A stretch of 63,806 bases of DNA, counting the filler, from Dugesia japonica (taxonomy: Eukaryota): NCBI GenBank assembly GCA_001938525.1. It is 6 parts of 6 records of this genome, joined end to end, with 100 filler letters (N's around TTAATTAATTAA, not from the genome) between each part and the next. Parts side by side here need not be neighbours in the genome. Positions count along the whole stretch, not along the records: positions 46,463 to 54,946 come from MQRL01508445.1; positions 55,047 to 63,806 come from MQRL01605829.1; 4 more parts are not named here. The stretch is one strand, 5' to 3'. Below, piece after piece: positions 51,019-63,806 of the stretch (positions are counted from its first letter, which is position 1; each line of letters opens with the position of its first letter). Below the pieces are notes generated by a model, which had not been told where the DNA came from, did no database searches, and worked only from the letters and a program-made list of their open reading frames with translations. The translations under genes were made by a program, and so were the position numbers.

Positions 51019-54000
51019 TCGTTTCTTTCAATTTCCGTTTACTTAAATCCTCAACGAGAGGAATTTCTGGTAGACAACCAGTTTTCGTGGATGACAACCA
51101 ATTTCCGCAAATGAAGGTTTGTTCGATCCCAGTTTGTGGACAAAATACAACAATCTAAAAAAAGAAGATTGGAAAAAAATAAGAAAAAACCAAATCGGCA
51201 TACATCTTCCAAAAACCAATCTGGTCTTTTACCACCAGAGTTAATTCCAGCAATCACTTCCGTTAAAGGACTTAATTTTTCATGAAGTTCTACTGGAACT
51301 ACATCNNNNNNNNNNNNNNNNNNNNNNNNNNNNNNNNNNNNNNNNNNNNNNNNNNNNNNNNNNNNNNNNNNNNNNNNNNNNNNNNNNNNNNNNNNNNNNN
51401 NNNNNACGTAAACAGTTGAAGTGGTATTTGCTTTCGATCTGTCACCAGTTGTGATTTTCATTTCGTATTTGTATTCTAAAGAAATCGATTATTATTAATT
51501 AGACTAATAATAAATATACTGTCATATCTTTCCGGTAATTTTTTCACTGGTAAAACTCTTTCAAGAGCTTCACCTTTGACATCCGACAACCACATGCCGC
51601 ATGGAAATTCAAAAACTCTGCTTTGATCAATATCATTAATAATAACCTTGTTAAGAAACCATCGAGGCTGTGTTCCAGCATTATTATGACCGACTTTTAT
51701 TCTCGTTAAAGCACCTAACTGCCTCATTGGAACAACATGTTCAAAAATCGATCCTTCTTTAATACCATTTTTATTCTTGATATTAATTACATCACTTTCT
51801 CCATTTTCGCCGAAAATCTGAATGTATATATCTGCATAGGTTCCTGATCCAGGTTTATTTTCAGTATAGAACGAGATTTTATAATTAGTTCCTTTAATAA
51901 TTTGATTGAATTCAAATAAATCAATTCAAAAATCTAACTGGATGCAATTCCCATAATTTCTTTTGTTCCCCTGATTTCTCTTACAGTTGCGTGATCTCCA
52001 TGATCTTTAGATAGCCAATTTTTACATTGAAAGAAATATCTCCATTCTGGATTCTTTAAATCTGTTATACAAATTCTGTCTAAATACCAAGATGGTTTCG
52101 ATCCGGATTCATCTTGACGAATTCGGATTTTAGTGATTGGTCCGACACATGTTGCTGGAACAATAAATTTTGCGGTTTGGCCACGCTGAAAACATTGAGT
52201 ATTTTCTTTTTCCAATGGTAATTGAGGACTAATACCAGTTCTGCCACAAAGCGTAATAAAAACTTTTGAATCAGTGCCACCATTATCTACATCTCCAGTA
52301 ATAACAACTATTTCATATTCTAAAATTTATTAAATAATTATAGATTTTTGATTAAGAAATCAGTGTTTTAATATAATATATTAAATACAAATGTTTCAAT
52401 TTAATGTATACCTTTATTCAATGTATTTATATTGATTTTTTTTAAAAGAGTGATAAACGGAAAGTGGCTGGAATGGATTATTATCATAATTTGAAAAAAT
52501 TAACTACACTATGTTTCATTGCTTTAAATATTGCAATGATTGAGAAGGAATATCGCTACATACTAAATGTCAGAAATTATCTGCTTCATAATATTAGGTT
52601 GTTCAATACAAAGGCGTAGCTAGGGGGGCGCTAAAATGGGGTTTGAAATATTTGTATTGTGTATTTTTTGTATCATTTTAATATGATATCTATCAAGATT
52701 GAAGGTTCGTCATTCTCTTGCACTNAACTTTTGTTATGCACTATCAATCTTATTGTGTGAATTTAATATTGCTAAACCTNTTCTNTAGACTACAGATTTC
52801 GTAACCTATGACCAGAAACATACATCTTATTTGGATAAAGTATTTCGTTTGTATTACTTCTTGTTTGACTAATCACATGTTTCGTCTACATCAGTTTTTT
52901 CTTTAGTCTTTACTTTAGTAGCCGTTACATTGGATGACTCTTAATTTTTCAGTGGGGGGCGCAAAATATGAATCTTGTCCCCGGACGCCAAACACACTAG
53001 CTACGCCTCTGGTTCAATAGGTTATGTGACAGTTTCAAAATATCAATTTTGTATCAAATTATTAATAAATATTAGATATGTCGCATGCATATAAATTCTT
53101 GCACCAAGTTTACGACAAGTTGGCAGAAAAGTATCCGCAGCTTGTTCGTTCAACGCCCGCTGTGTTCCTGCGTACACCGCAAACATGAGCAAGGAAAAGT
53201 TAAAAGGGCTGGACGGCGTTGAATGTTTGCCTTATACGGTCTATATCCCAGATGTTGCCTCCACTGATTAAAGCCTTTTTAAGTCAATTCAGCACTTATT
53301 TAAAAGGTCTTCGGTTTGATTTGTATGATGAAGGAAAAAAAGCGTGTCAAAAATTCTTTCATTCGAAGTCGCAGGAATGGTACATCAACCAGATTTGAAA
53401 TCTTAGAGATCGATGGGAGAAATTTATATTAAATCATGGTCTTTGTTTTGAAGAATAAATGTATTTTGTGGGAATTATATTATAAATATAAATATGGACC
53501 ACCATAGCGCAGGCAAAAAAATTAGTAATATAATAAATATGAAGATAAGTTACACTTTGCATTGAGAATTTTAATAATTTCAATTCTTAGAATATTATAA
53601 ATTTGTAAAGGTTAACTGGGTAAAATATATTATTAAATATTTTACTAAACTTTCTAGAACCTGTAGGTAACTAATTAAATTGTAACTCTACAAATAATAA
53701 TAAAAATTTATTGATTTAAATTTTGGCGTCGTTATTGTAAAATTAAGAATAAATGTTTAATAACTTCTACTGCTGGAATACTTTCTGAATCAATAACGGT
53801 TAATATATCATTCTAAAACAACTTGCCAAGCGGTACAAATATATNNNNNNNNNNNNNNNNNNNNNNNNNNNNNNNNNNNNNNNNNNNNNNNNNNNNNNNN
53901 NNNNNNNNNNNNNNNNNNNNNNNNNNNNNNTGAAATCTAATTAATCAGGCTAAATGCGAGTGAGTGATCAATATGCATAATATATTTTGACAAAAACACA

Positions 54001-54383
54001 TTAACACAATGACATTCACAACAATGCACACATACACACCACCAATAAATGTATGTCATTATAATATGGCTAATATAAACATCGACATATATATTACTAA
54101 ATAAGTTTAATTTGGAATTGCCTGATATACAAGTTAGTGATGGTCCTACAACTATCCAATAGTAATTATATCGATATTATAATTATGTATTTAAACTTAC
54201 AATTACTATAAACTTACTCGTCCTTATCGATTTAAATGCAAACAATTCCCGAGATACTTTACCATCTTCTTTGTACAGCGACAACCAATGATTGCATGTG
54301 AATAGCCATATTTTTTTATTATCAATATTCATTATTTCTATTCCTTGAAGTAACCAACTGTCTTTCGGTTCCAATCCATCGTG
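51019..54383 (-). CDS. LOXHD1: Multi-PLAT/LH2 domain protein, LOXHD1-like, partial (exons 54218-54383, 51939-52319, 51520-51891, 51204-51475, 51019-51154)
   Basis: Four PLAT repeats (YEIVVITGD..GTDSKVFITLCG, KIRIRQD.SG..PSWYLD, F.C..WLS). GT-AG introns of 47, 44 and 49 nt plus one ~1.9 kb intron preserve the frame. Orthology is not proven. Confidence 0.8.
52594..53460 (+). mobile_element. Internally deleted mariner; its left TIR is split by the hAT MITE
   Basis: TA-TTAGGTTGTTCAATA start; C-terminal residues LPYTVYIPDVASTD*SLF and RWEKFILNHGLCFEE*. Confidence 0.7.
52609..53011. mobile_element. hAT-type MITE with 8-bp TSD GTTCAATA
   Basis: TIRs caaaggcgtagctag and ctagctacgcctctg; TSD at 52601-52608 and 53012-53019. 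Confidence 0.85.
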
Positions 54384-55046
54384 CTAAATAAAAGAATTAA
54401 TTAATAATTATTTACATCACATTGTAAAATTAAGAGGTTTGTCTACATTTGTAAAATAAATCAATTCGTTTTTTTTCATAAATTAAAACAAAAAAATTTT
54501 AATGAAGAACTGCATAAATTATATGAAAAGAAATGAATGTGATACAATGAGAAATATTTTCCAAGTTTTAACCTTTAATCACCTTATAATTAAATTAATT
54601 AATTCAATTAAAAAAATATTTATTTTTCGATTTAATTTAAAAGAAAAATTAAAATATAAATTTAAATTAAATTTTCAATTTGCAATAAANNNNNNNNNNN
54701 NNNNNNNNNNNNNNNNNNNNNNNNNNNNNNNNNNNNNNNNNNNNNNNNNNNNNNNNNNNNNNNNNNNAATTGATTTGTTAATTGAAACTCTATATTCAAA
54801 ACCGATTAAATAATTTATCATTTAATCGAATTAATTAATATCTTCAAACATGATTTTTATATCTTATATTAAAAGAATGTAATAAATATGCAAATTTAGT
54901 TTGAAAAAAGAGTTTTTAAAAACGAAAATAAATGAAGAAACGTCAANNNNNNNNNNNNNNNNNNNNNNNNNNNNNNNNNNNNNNNNNNNNTTAATTAATT
55001 AANNNNNNNNNNNNNNNNNNNNNNNNNNNNNNNNNNNNNNNNNNNN

Positions 55047-55095
<49 letters not shown>

Positions 55096-56501
55096 TAATA
55101 AAACAAAATGTGGTCTTCTAATGGGTGACACTTTGTCTTCAATTCTGGCGATAATCTTTATAAACTTCATTGAAAATCAAATAATTCTTTAAGCAAATAA
55201 AATACTTCATCTAAGATTTTAAATACATAGATAATATTTTCTTTGTTACTAAAAACTTTCATAATTAAAATAAAGCATTTCGTAGATATTTGCAAAATTT
55301 TAACGTGAAACTTTTAATTTTGCTTGTTAGTATAATTATTTCTATAATTATTAGATTTTTTTTAATGTTGAATTTATCATATTTCATGTTCTCGTATTTT
55401 TTTAAGTCTCTTTCAAGAAAACTTGGTTTTTTCTTAAAATTTTTTTTTCATATTTTTGTGATTATAAATATTCTTCATTGGTAGAAAAACAGTATTTAAA
55501 AATTATTTCGTGACTTTTACATAAATTACAAGAATTTCCTCTTGACTTGAAAATGTAGTTATATTTCAATATAAATATATGGTTTTTATTCTGTATGAAC
55601 CGCAATTATTTATTTATATATTATTTGATATCAAGAAGCATCAATTACAACCAAGTGGTTTTCAATATTAATTTTAATTCAAGATCAATCGTTTATTTCT
55701 CCACAATATCATTGAAATATTTAATCGTGCTGTTTGCATTGAAAATCAATAATATTTTAAAGTAGTACTTAAATACTTGATTATTGAAAATAAACAAAGT
55801 GGATAAAATTGGGTGTGAGTTTAAGAATATTTTAAGAGTTTCAGACAATTTCGTTTTGGTTTTAATGGTAAATTTAGTAAAATGATTAATCATAAATTAT
55901 TATGAAAATGTTTTGTGGTATTATCAAATGTTATTGAGAATNNNNNNNNNNNNNNNNNNNNNNNNNNNNNNNNNNNNNNNNNNNNNNNNNNNNNNNNNNN
56001 NNNNNNNNNNNNNNNNNNNNNNNNNNNNNNNNNNNNNNNNNNNNNNNNNNNNNNNNNNNNNNNNNNNNNNNNNNNNNNNNNNNNNNNNNCTGCTTAAGTG
56101 TAATAATTTTTGCAATAGATGTATTGTTATTGTTTCCAGTTTATTATTAGAAAATGAATTAATTAACTAGGATATCAAAAATGAGGGCTTGTAAATAAAT
56201 TTTGGTTGTCTAAAAATCTTATAATGGTCTGAAGAGAATACACAAAATCTTAAGGATCACCCGAACAAACTAAATTGAACTATATATAAAAAGAACGTTA
56301 AAAATAAATTCCCAGAGATAGGAAATTATTTAATAAATTATTAATTATATTTGAAATTTTCCAATTTTGACAATTTTAGTGAAAATTCATTAAAATTGCT
56401 GTATTTTCTGTTATTTTAATAGGACTTGTAAATCTTACCGAATTATTTTTAATTTAATGTTTATTTTTCTACTATAGTCAAAATATATTTTCAATGAAGT
56501 T

Positions 56502-56523
56502 TTTATTATCATTATTATTATTA

Positions 56524-56573
<50 letters not shown>

Positions 56574-56623
56574 NNNNNNNNNNNNNNNNNNNNNNNNNNN
56601 NNNNNNNNNNNNNNNNNNNNNNN

Positions 56624-56687
<64 letters not shown>
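56502..56687. repeat. (ATT)n microsatellite; (AAT)n also at 24380-24443 and 55047-55100
   Basis: Directly visible. Confidence 0.95.
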
Positions 56688-59600
56688 GAAAAAAATTTCA
56701 TTTTAACTATTAAAATTTTTAAAAATTAAATTTATATTAACTTTTATAACTCGAGCGTTTTGGCAAATTCACATAGACGTAGGAAATTATATTTATGGCT
56801 TATTATCGAAAATAAGTCTTTCGAAAATAAATGTTCATTGTTTCAAAAATAATTCTATTTATCTCTCTTTCCCATGAGATATATAAACAAATTAATCCCC
56901 ATGGTATTATTAAAAGTTGTCGAGTTTAAACTATTTAAATAATATAGTATTTGATATATGTGGAACAGTTGAAATCAATTATATTAAATGTGTAAAGTTC
57001 GTTTTTTCAATGTGAAATTTAAATATTTAAACAGTGACAAGAAATCATAAAGAATACAAAAATTTATCATGGTTTTGTTTCATATTTAAATATTTTAACA
57101 TTTCACTGTCGATTGGTAACCGAAAAGAAATCCCTGAACAAAACGTCTCCGGCCAAAAAGTCACCGAATGTAAAACGTTCTTGAGTGCACTATTAGTAGA
57201 AAACGTCCTTGCAAATTAATTATTTTTATTTATTTTTTAATATTATTATGACAGGGTTAAAATATTTATGAAACATTCAACTCTGGGAACTTTTTGTCTT
57301 AGTTTTATACTTGGAGACTTTTTGTCCTACACCCTTGTTGATCGGGATTTTAATTTAATTGTTTATATCAGAATTTCAGTTTTAATAAGTAGTTGAGAAA
57401 TAATATACTTTTCTCTAAATCTGAAAATTGGCATATAATCTTGTGTATTATTTATAATCAATTGTTAAATCATCCTGTCATTAAAATTTAATTACTATTG
57501 ATTGTACATTGAATTGTTCTTAACTTTATTCATAAATTAATGGTTTATTTGAAGAAAAAAATCGATTTAAATCAAAACTGAATTTTCAATAAAATCATTT
57601 TTCAATTATTTACTTCATTTGAATTTTATTCATAAATTTTATCGAAAATAATATCACCTTCAGGGCGATTTAAATGTTTTATAACTATTATGAGAAATTG
57701 CATGTGCTTTTTAGTAAATAAATGACGTGAATTATTACATAATTAATTGATTATCATGTCTATTTTGATTAATTTTTTTATTACAAAACAAATGACTATT
57801 TGTTTTTAAATTTACTTTATAAACTATCATTTATTTTAATATATTTATTCATCCTATCTAAAAAGCAATACTTTTTTTGCAATTAGAATGTTCTTTTAAT
57901 TGTTTGTTATTACTATTATCTCATTCGTCTGAAATCATTTTAATCTTTGAAATATCGTACGACTTACGATTAAAAATCAAGAAAATATTAGTATTTTGAC
58001 ATGTAATAATCAGACTTCTGATTGGCTAAAATTTTAATTGTAATATTATCTGTTAGAAATGTTAACATATCAATTTGTCTACATACTACTATAGACGCTA
58101 ATAGACATGATTTAGTTGATATTATTGTATAAAGTCTAAATATGAATTTATTAAATTTATATTTAATGCCTAGTAAAGTATTTTTTTAAATCTAAAATAT
58201 TGGGGAACTTGTGTAGTTAAATCACCTGGAAATCAGTTATTTGCTGGTTACGTGCGTTTAGAATTATTTTGTTTATTCCTGTAAAGATGGAGTAAGGAAT
58301 GTGCATCCAAATAATTAATTTAATAAAAATCAATTCCATTACCTGGCTGCTCATAAATCAGGTTCATTCTTTACAATTTCAAAGATTCTCATTGCTTGTA
58401 CCTAAAGACTAGTTCCAAGATCTTGAAATGAGAATTCATTTCTTTAATATTTTCATTTATTCTTGATATAAATATAGTATTTAAATAGTTTTGCTTTCAT
58501 TAATTTAAAATAAACTATTAACTAAGAAAAGGTTAGTACAAAAGTTCTAAATTGAAATTTTATAGTTTTTGTGTTTGGTAAACATATTTTTAATCATACA
58601 CTAATATTTCAAAATTCTTTTGACCAAATCTCAAACCAAAAATAGAGTATATTAGCTTGTGTTTATGAATTTAAATAAAACAAAATTATTGTTAAAAAGC
58701 TACATAAAGAAATGATCTTATTTAAATTCATTTGTAAGAGTCGGTGAAGAGTGCATCGTGAATTTTAGAATTAATCGATAACATACGCAATTAAATAAAA
58801 AAAAAGTTATCAAAACTGAAACAGTTTATTAAAGAATGTTTAGGTATTGACAAAATAAGATCTTATTTATAATTTATAACACTAAGTAATTCTTCGGTAA
58901 AATTTTAAATTTTTGCCATTCAATAATTTGGAATTAAAAATTCATATTTTAGTTAATAATATAAGGTTAATGAGTGGCAAACTGCCCCGTGATCAATGAA
59001 TGCACGTAGAAAAAAAAACATTGACAGAATTTTTTTTGTATTAAATTTTATTTATGCATCTTATTTTTACAAAAGAATAGATACATACTTATCGTCAGTG
59101 TGGAACGTAAATAAGGTCTGCTAAAAGGGTTCTCATCAACCACCCGCCTTTTAGGCAACTTATTTGTCTTATTCTTTTGTTTGCCCATGACTTCCTCAAG
59201 AGATTTTATTTTAATCGACATCAGTGCATTTTGCCTGCTTTTTTCTTCCTGTTGTCTAATGGACTTCATGTTCACTTTGATTTTTCCACTTACCACTCGT
59301 TTTATTCGATACATCAATTACTTCAGGAGGTTGCCTGATCATGTTCACTCTACATGTTTTCGTCTTAGTTTAAAATTTTCAATTTTGTGCATCACGCAAA
59401 AATAACCATACATCACTGGATTTTTAATATATTAAATAATAGGCAAAATAAATTTCACAATTATCAATTAAGAACATTGGAAATTTTGGCAAACAATGTC
59501 CTTAAGTATGTTTTATAAATTTATGCCTAATTGTATTTCGGTCTATAAAAATGTAAATTAACAAGAATAATCAAATTGATTGCTTTCTTTTAGTCATTCG

Positions 59601-59736
59601 AAATTATTTGAAGTCTATTAGTTCACTTAGTTTAATTTATTATTTTTTCTTTTAACTGACATTTACCATTATTAATTATCGATCAGGTTTATTAAATATG
59701 TGAATTGTAATTTGATTTATATTCATTTTTTTAAAG

Positions 59737-60031
59737 AAATCCAGTAGTCGGTATCAACTACCTCATTAAAAATCAATTCATAAAACCCCACCCGTCTCAT
59801 ATTGCCAAATTCTTATTAACCAAAAATGGAATCAGTCGTAATGCTGTTGGTGATTATATAGGATTACTAAATGATCCTTTAGCTTTACAAGTGACAAAGT
59901 ACTTTAATTATAAATATTTGTTATTTTTCATTTTTTGATATATTTCCAGATATTTTCTTCGACGAATTAATATGAAAAATAAAGAAGTTGATGAAGCATT
60001 AAGATCATTTATCTATTATGTACATTTACCG
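59737..60031 (+). CDS. Sec7-domain ARF-GEF (IQSEC/BRAG-like), two internal exons 59737-59898 and 59950-60031
   Basis: NPVVGINYLIKNQFIKPHPSHIAKFLLTKNGISRNAVGDYIG...INMKNKEVDEALRSFIYYVHLP, with a 51-nt GT-AG intron. It ends just before the expected catalytic GE motif. Not in the ORF track. Confidence 0.8.
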
Positions 60032-60689
60032 GTAAGATAAGTTTAAATTGTGATTATATTTTGAATTTGTAAATTATATTATATTATAAATAAAAATAAT
60101 AGTAATATTTATTAAGAATAACAATAATGATTGTTTTTAATATTCATACAATCATTCTGTAATTCTCTAATATTTTTTTTGTTATTACAATTTTCTTTCA
60201 ATAATCATTGAACTTAACGATTGGTCCTAAGGATTTTTTCAATACTTAAATTAAAATATTTGGTTGTTCGGTTTTTTATAGTGAATTTCAAGACTAAATT
60301 TTTTATTAATAAAAATATTTTTAATCTACAATCTATTGTCCCTTTAAATCTAACACCTTTTGCTATCTATCAGGTAATTTTAAGATTCACTCCGCGTATA
60401 TCTTCTTGTCCTTTTTTACGAAGAACTGAGTCAAGTGAATATTTATACCTTTATTTAGACAAACATTCTGTCATTCAAACAATGTTGAAGAAAGCGAAAG
60501 AAAAGAAAATCGGATAGATCTATATCGAGTGAATATTAGTGATATGATAACATATCTCATCCAAGATCAAATAGTTTCTGTCGAGTTACCAAACTATTAT
60601 ACCAAACTTTCAATTATTATATTATAATTAAAATTTTTTTAAATTTTGTATTATTTTTAAAAGTTTTTGGAAATTTATTTTGTTTTTTT

Positions 60690-61420
60690 TTAATTATTTA
60701 CTATATATGTATCCTTACATAATGTGCATGTTATTTTGTTAGTGGTATTTTTTATTGCATATATTTCTACCATCACAAATACATTTTGGATCACAAAAAT
60801 TCTGTCTTGGTTTCTGTAATTGGATACCAAAATGTGCTTGCGTTTTAAATATAATTCTTGGATTGTGTTTTAGTTTCGATTTTTTTTATTATATTTTGAA
60901 TGATTTGACTACATTTCTCATTAATAACAGGTAATTTAATTACTGTGTTTGTCTTTTGTTTGATTTTATTAAATTTTATATTCGAGAATAAATACTTAGA
61001 TACAATTCTATTTGAATATGTAAAAATTGTAATCGAAAAAAAAAATTTTTAAAAATCACTTATATATGAAAATTATATGAAAACACAACTAAAAAATTAA
61101 ACATCTAAAAAATTTTACAATTTAATTAAAAAAATTTTTTTTTAATTTTCAAGAGTTAATTTAAAAATAAGATTAAAATTCATAATTAAAATAAATCAAT
61201 AAAAATCCGATAAAATATAAAGAATTGAGTAACAAAGATCTATTGCGTTGAATCAATCAAGAAGTCTTCANNNNNNNNNNNNNNNNNNNNNNNNNNNNNN
61301 NNNNNNNNNNNNNNNNNNNNACATTTTATTTTGATCGAAGCTTTTTCTTTATTTTAATGAAATCTCAAATGAGATCAATGGTTAAGTCAAACAATTATTC
61401 TCAATAATTGTAATTATAAA
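60690..61420 (-). mobile_element. Second copy of the Penelope GIY-YIG region with an inverted pLTR piece
   Basis: 60715-61010 aligns to 33215-33495. 61220-61420 matches 36440-36555 and the reverse complement of 32975-33075. Confidence 0.75.
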
Positions 61421-61669
61421 ACTTCAAATATGTCTTTATATTTTTTAAAAAAAGAATGTTTTATCGATTTTTAATTTTTATAATTAGTCATATTTTTGAT
61501 ATGCAACTTTATCCCAAACCATATTGTTTTAAGACTTGATTTTAAAAATAATAAAGTCTGGAACAAGCTACCTCATTTAGTTTTTAACCCTTTTTCATAC
61601 AAAAAAATTATATCATATTTATTTGTATTATATCCATTCTTTAAATTCTTCTGTCATGAATATTATAAA

Positions 61670-61813
61670 AATAATTTGATTGACATTGTCGTTCGGTTAT
61701 CACATCTTCTCCACACACACCGCACATAATTTTCTTCTAGCATGTGCAGCATTTACACCTTTTCGATAATAAAATAATTGAACATGTAGAAAATGCAATT
61801 TCTTGTCATCCAT
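61670..61813 (-). pseudogene. Mariner transposase N-terminal HTH fragment
   Basis: MDDKKLHFLHVQLFYYRKGVNAAHARRKLCAVC-GEDVITERQCQ. Confidence 0.7.
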
Positions 61814-62226
61814 TTCAAGTATTCCACCTAAAAAATAATTTTCTATTATAAAACAAATTTATCAACCAATCAAACTAGATATGTAAATTGTTGTAGAGTT
61901 TTGATTTAATACGTGTTTTAAATTCAGACTAGAACCTGTACACAAAAAAACGAAGTTATTTGTTGAACAATTTTATATATTTTTTATGATTTTAATTTAA
62001 CTTTAATACTGAATTTAGATCTGAAGTTAGAACAACCATCGTGTTTGAAATTATTTCTAATATTGGTATTCATTTGTAAATGTTGTCCACTTTACAGATT
62101 ATTACATTATTAACATCCAAATTTCTAAATAATATTGATTTTCATTAGAAATGAATTTTAAACTTGATATTTACAATTGCAATTATTGCAAGAATAGTTG
62201 TTGGACATAACCATTGATCGGTTTAC

Positions 62227-62431
62227 AAAATTCATTTAAAATAAAAGCTTCGATCCAAATTTTTGTTTTTTTATTGATATTTGATAACAATTCGATATTT
62301 CGACCTTGTCTTCGTCAGGAATTTAAAAAAAGTCAATTCCTGACGAAGACAAGGTCGAAATATCGAAATGTTATCAAATATCAATAAAAAAACAAAAATT
62401 TTGATCGAAGCTTTTATTTTAAATGAATTTT
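62227..62431. ncRNA. 97-bp-arm inverted repeat carrying two divergent Penelope hammerhead cores
   Basis: Arms at 62227-62323 and 62335-62431 with 2 mismatches seen. Each contains CTGACGA-A-GAC-aag-GTC-GAAA. Confidence 0.75.
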
Positions 62432-63806
62432 ATATTTACAATCAACCTTTCTGTGAGATTCATCAAATTTTACGAAATTAAATGTATCATTATTTCAAGA
62501 AAATTTAAAATCATTTAAGTCATCATTGTGAAGAATTTCTTTCTGATTCATCTTTTAGTTCTGGTGTATAATTTTAATAAATAAATATTAAATAAATATT
62601 TTTAATTGTTTATTAATTTTATTTCCTCATCTTTATTGAAAATAAACTAATACTAATAAACTATAAAAATAATATATATGTAATAGAATCAATAAATAAC
62701 AAATTAAAAGTTTCAATTCAACGAATGTTTAATAATATAACCTCTATAATAAACTCTAATTTATATCCATTAAAAGATTTTAAAAAAGGAGGAGAATCGA
62801 TCATTGATTAATTTCCGCTTATTGATAATTAACTGTTAAATTGACAAGTTGATGTCAGCCAATTGATGTGAAAAAATTGAAAATAAATTTTGAAACGACA
62901 TGTGGTTGAAATAAAATTATCCAAATATGAAAATTAATTTAATTGAAAAATCCATATAAATTCGATATAAGTCCATAGTTTTAAAATCAATTGAGTTTTA
63001 GTAAACACTATTTTAAAACAATTATTTTTTTCAGAAATAATTTAATAATATTCCATTAAGTGAAAAATATTTGGAGTAATAACAGAAAATATTTGCTTGG
63101 AAATGTCGCTAAAAATAGATATTTTTTGGGAAGAGATAATTAATTTAATAGTGAAAACTCATATTGTTATCTTCTATTCACGACTGATCAAAATATCTAA
63201 ACAAATTTTGTTGGTTTTCGAGTTTCATTCTCGTTGATTATAAAATAAATGATTATTTTAAAATTTAAAATACATTAATTTAATTAATATTCAATAGTTT
63301 AATAATTATTTCTAGTTATAATTCATTGGTTTTATTGTATTTTATAATTTCTAAATAAAATCATATAATATTTTTATTTTATTTATTTCCATCTCATTTT
63401 TGTTGGTATAATCAATAAATTATAAAATCAATGATTATTTTAAAATTTAAAATAAATTAAAGTTTTAATTAATAAATTGATTTAATTGATATTTAATAGT
63501 CTAATAATTAATTTTATTTATCCTTTATCGATTTATTGCATTTTATAAATTCTAAATAAAATCATAAAATATTTTTATTTTATTTATTTAGATCTCAAAA
63601 TTTTTAACAGGTTAAACTTCTTAACGAAATTTTTTTTGAAAATTTGAAGAACTAATGAAAATAAATAAAAATATTATATTTTTTACTTTACAATGAAATA
63701 GTATAAATTATACATAAAAAAGCTATTAATTAAATTCTGTGTACTGTTGTAGAGATTGCATATTATGCTTGAAAATAATTTGAATCTGCGAAGTAATAGA
63801 TCTAGT

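Noticed and set aside
56435-56706. Poly-Ile / poly-Leu ORFs
   Set aside because: These are translations of an (ATT)n microsatellite and an N gap.
59048-59405. Basic 89-aa ORF and its antisense ORF
   Set aside because: No recognisable domain or splice support.

Overview
Very AT-rich animal genomic DNA with ~43-51 nt spliceosomal introns; a triclad flatworm-like profile is a guess only. The window is not one locus. Five N-TTAATTAATTAA-N linkers join six separate pieces of about 8-14 kb. Contents: (1) a decayed Gypsy pol, a decayed Polinton/Maverick protein-primed PolB and Polinton-type terminal repeats; (2) a ~10 kb co-oriented, virus-like Polinton (MCP end, ZnF-PLA2-integrase, ATPase, pX-like, penton, protease, GasderminX-like, PolB) carrying a strongly over-represented 12-bp dyad CCA-N6-TGG; (3) the 3' exons of mitochondrial DNA polymerase gamma with transposons in an intron, and a Penelope element split by a ~2.2 kb satellite copied from its own RT coding sequence; (4) Polinton capsid fragments, a tandem ubiquitin-like gene and a Chapaev3-like transposon; (5) a PLAT-repeat (LOXHD1-like) gene with mariner and hAT insertions; (6) Sec7 (IQSEC-like) exons, Penelope remnants and a back-to-back hammerhead palindrome. 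All family assignments come from recognising motifs by eye; no searches were run.
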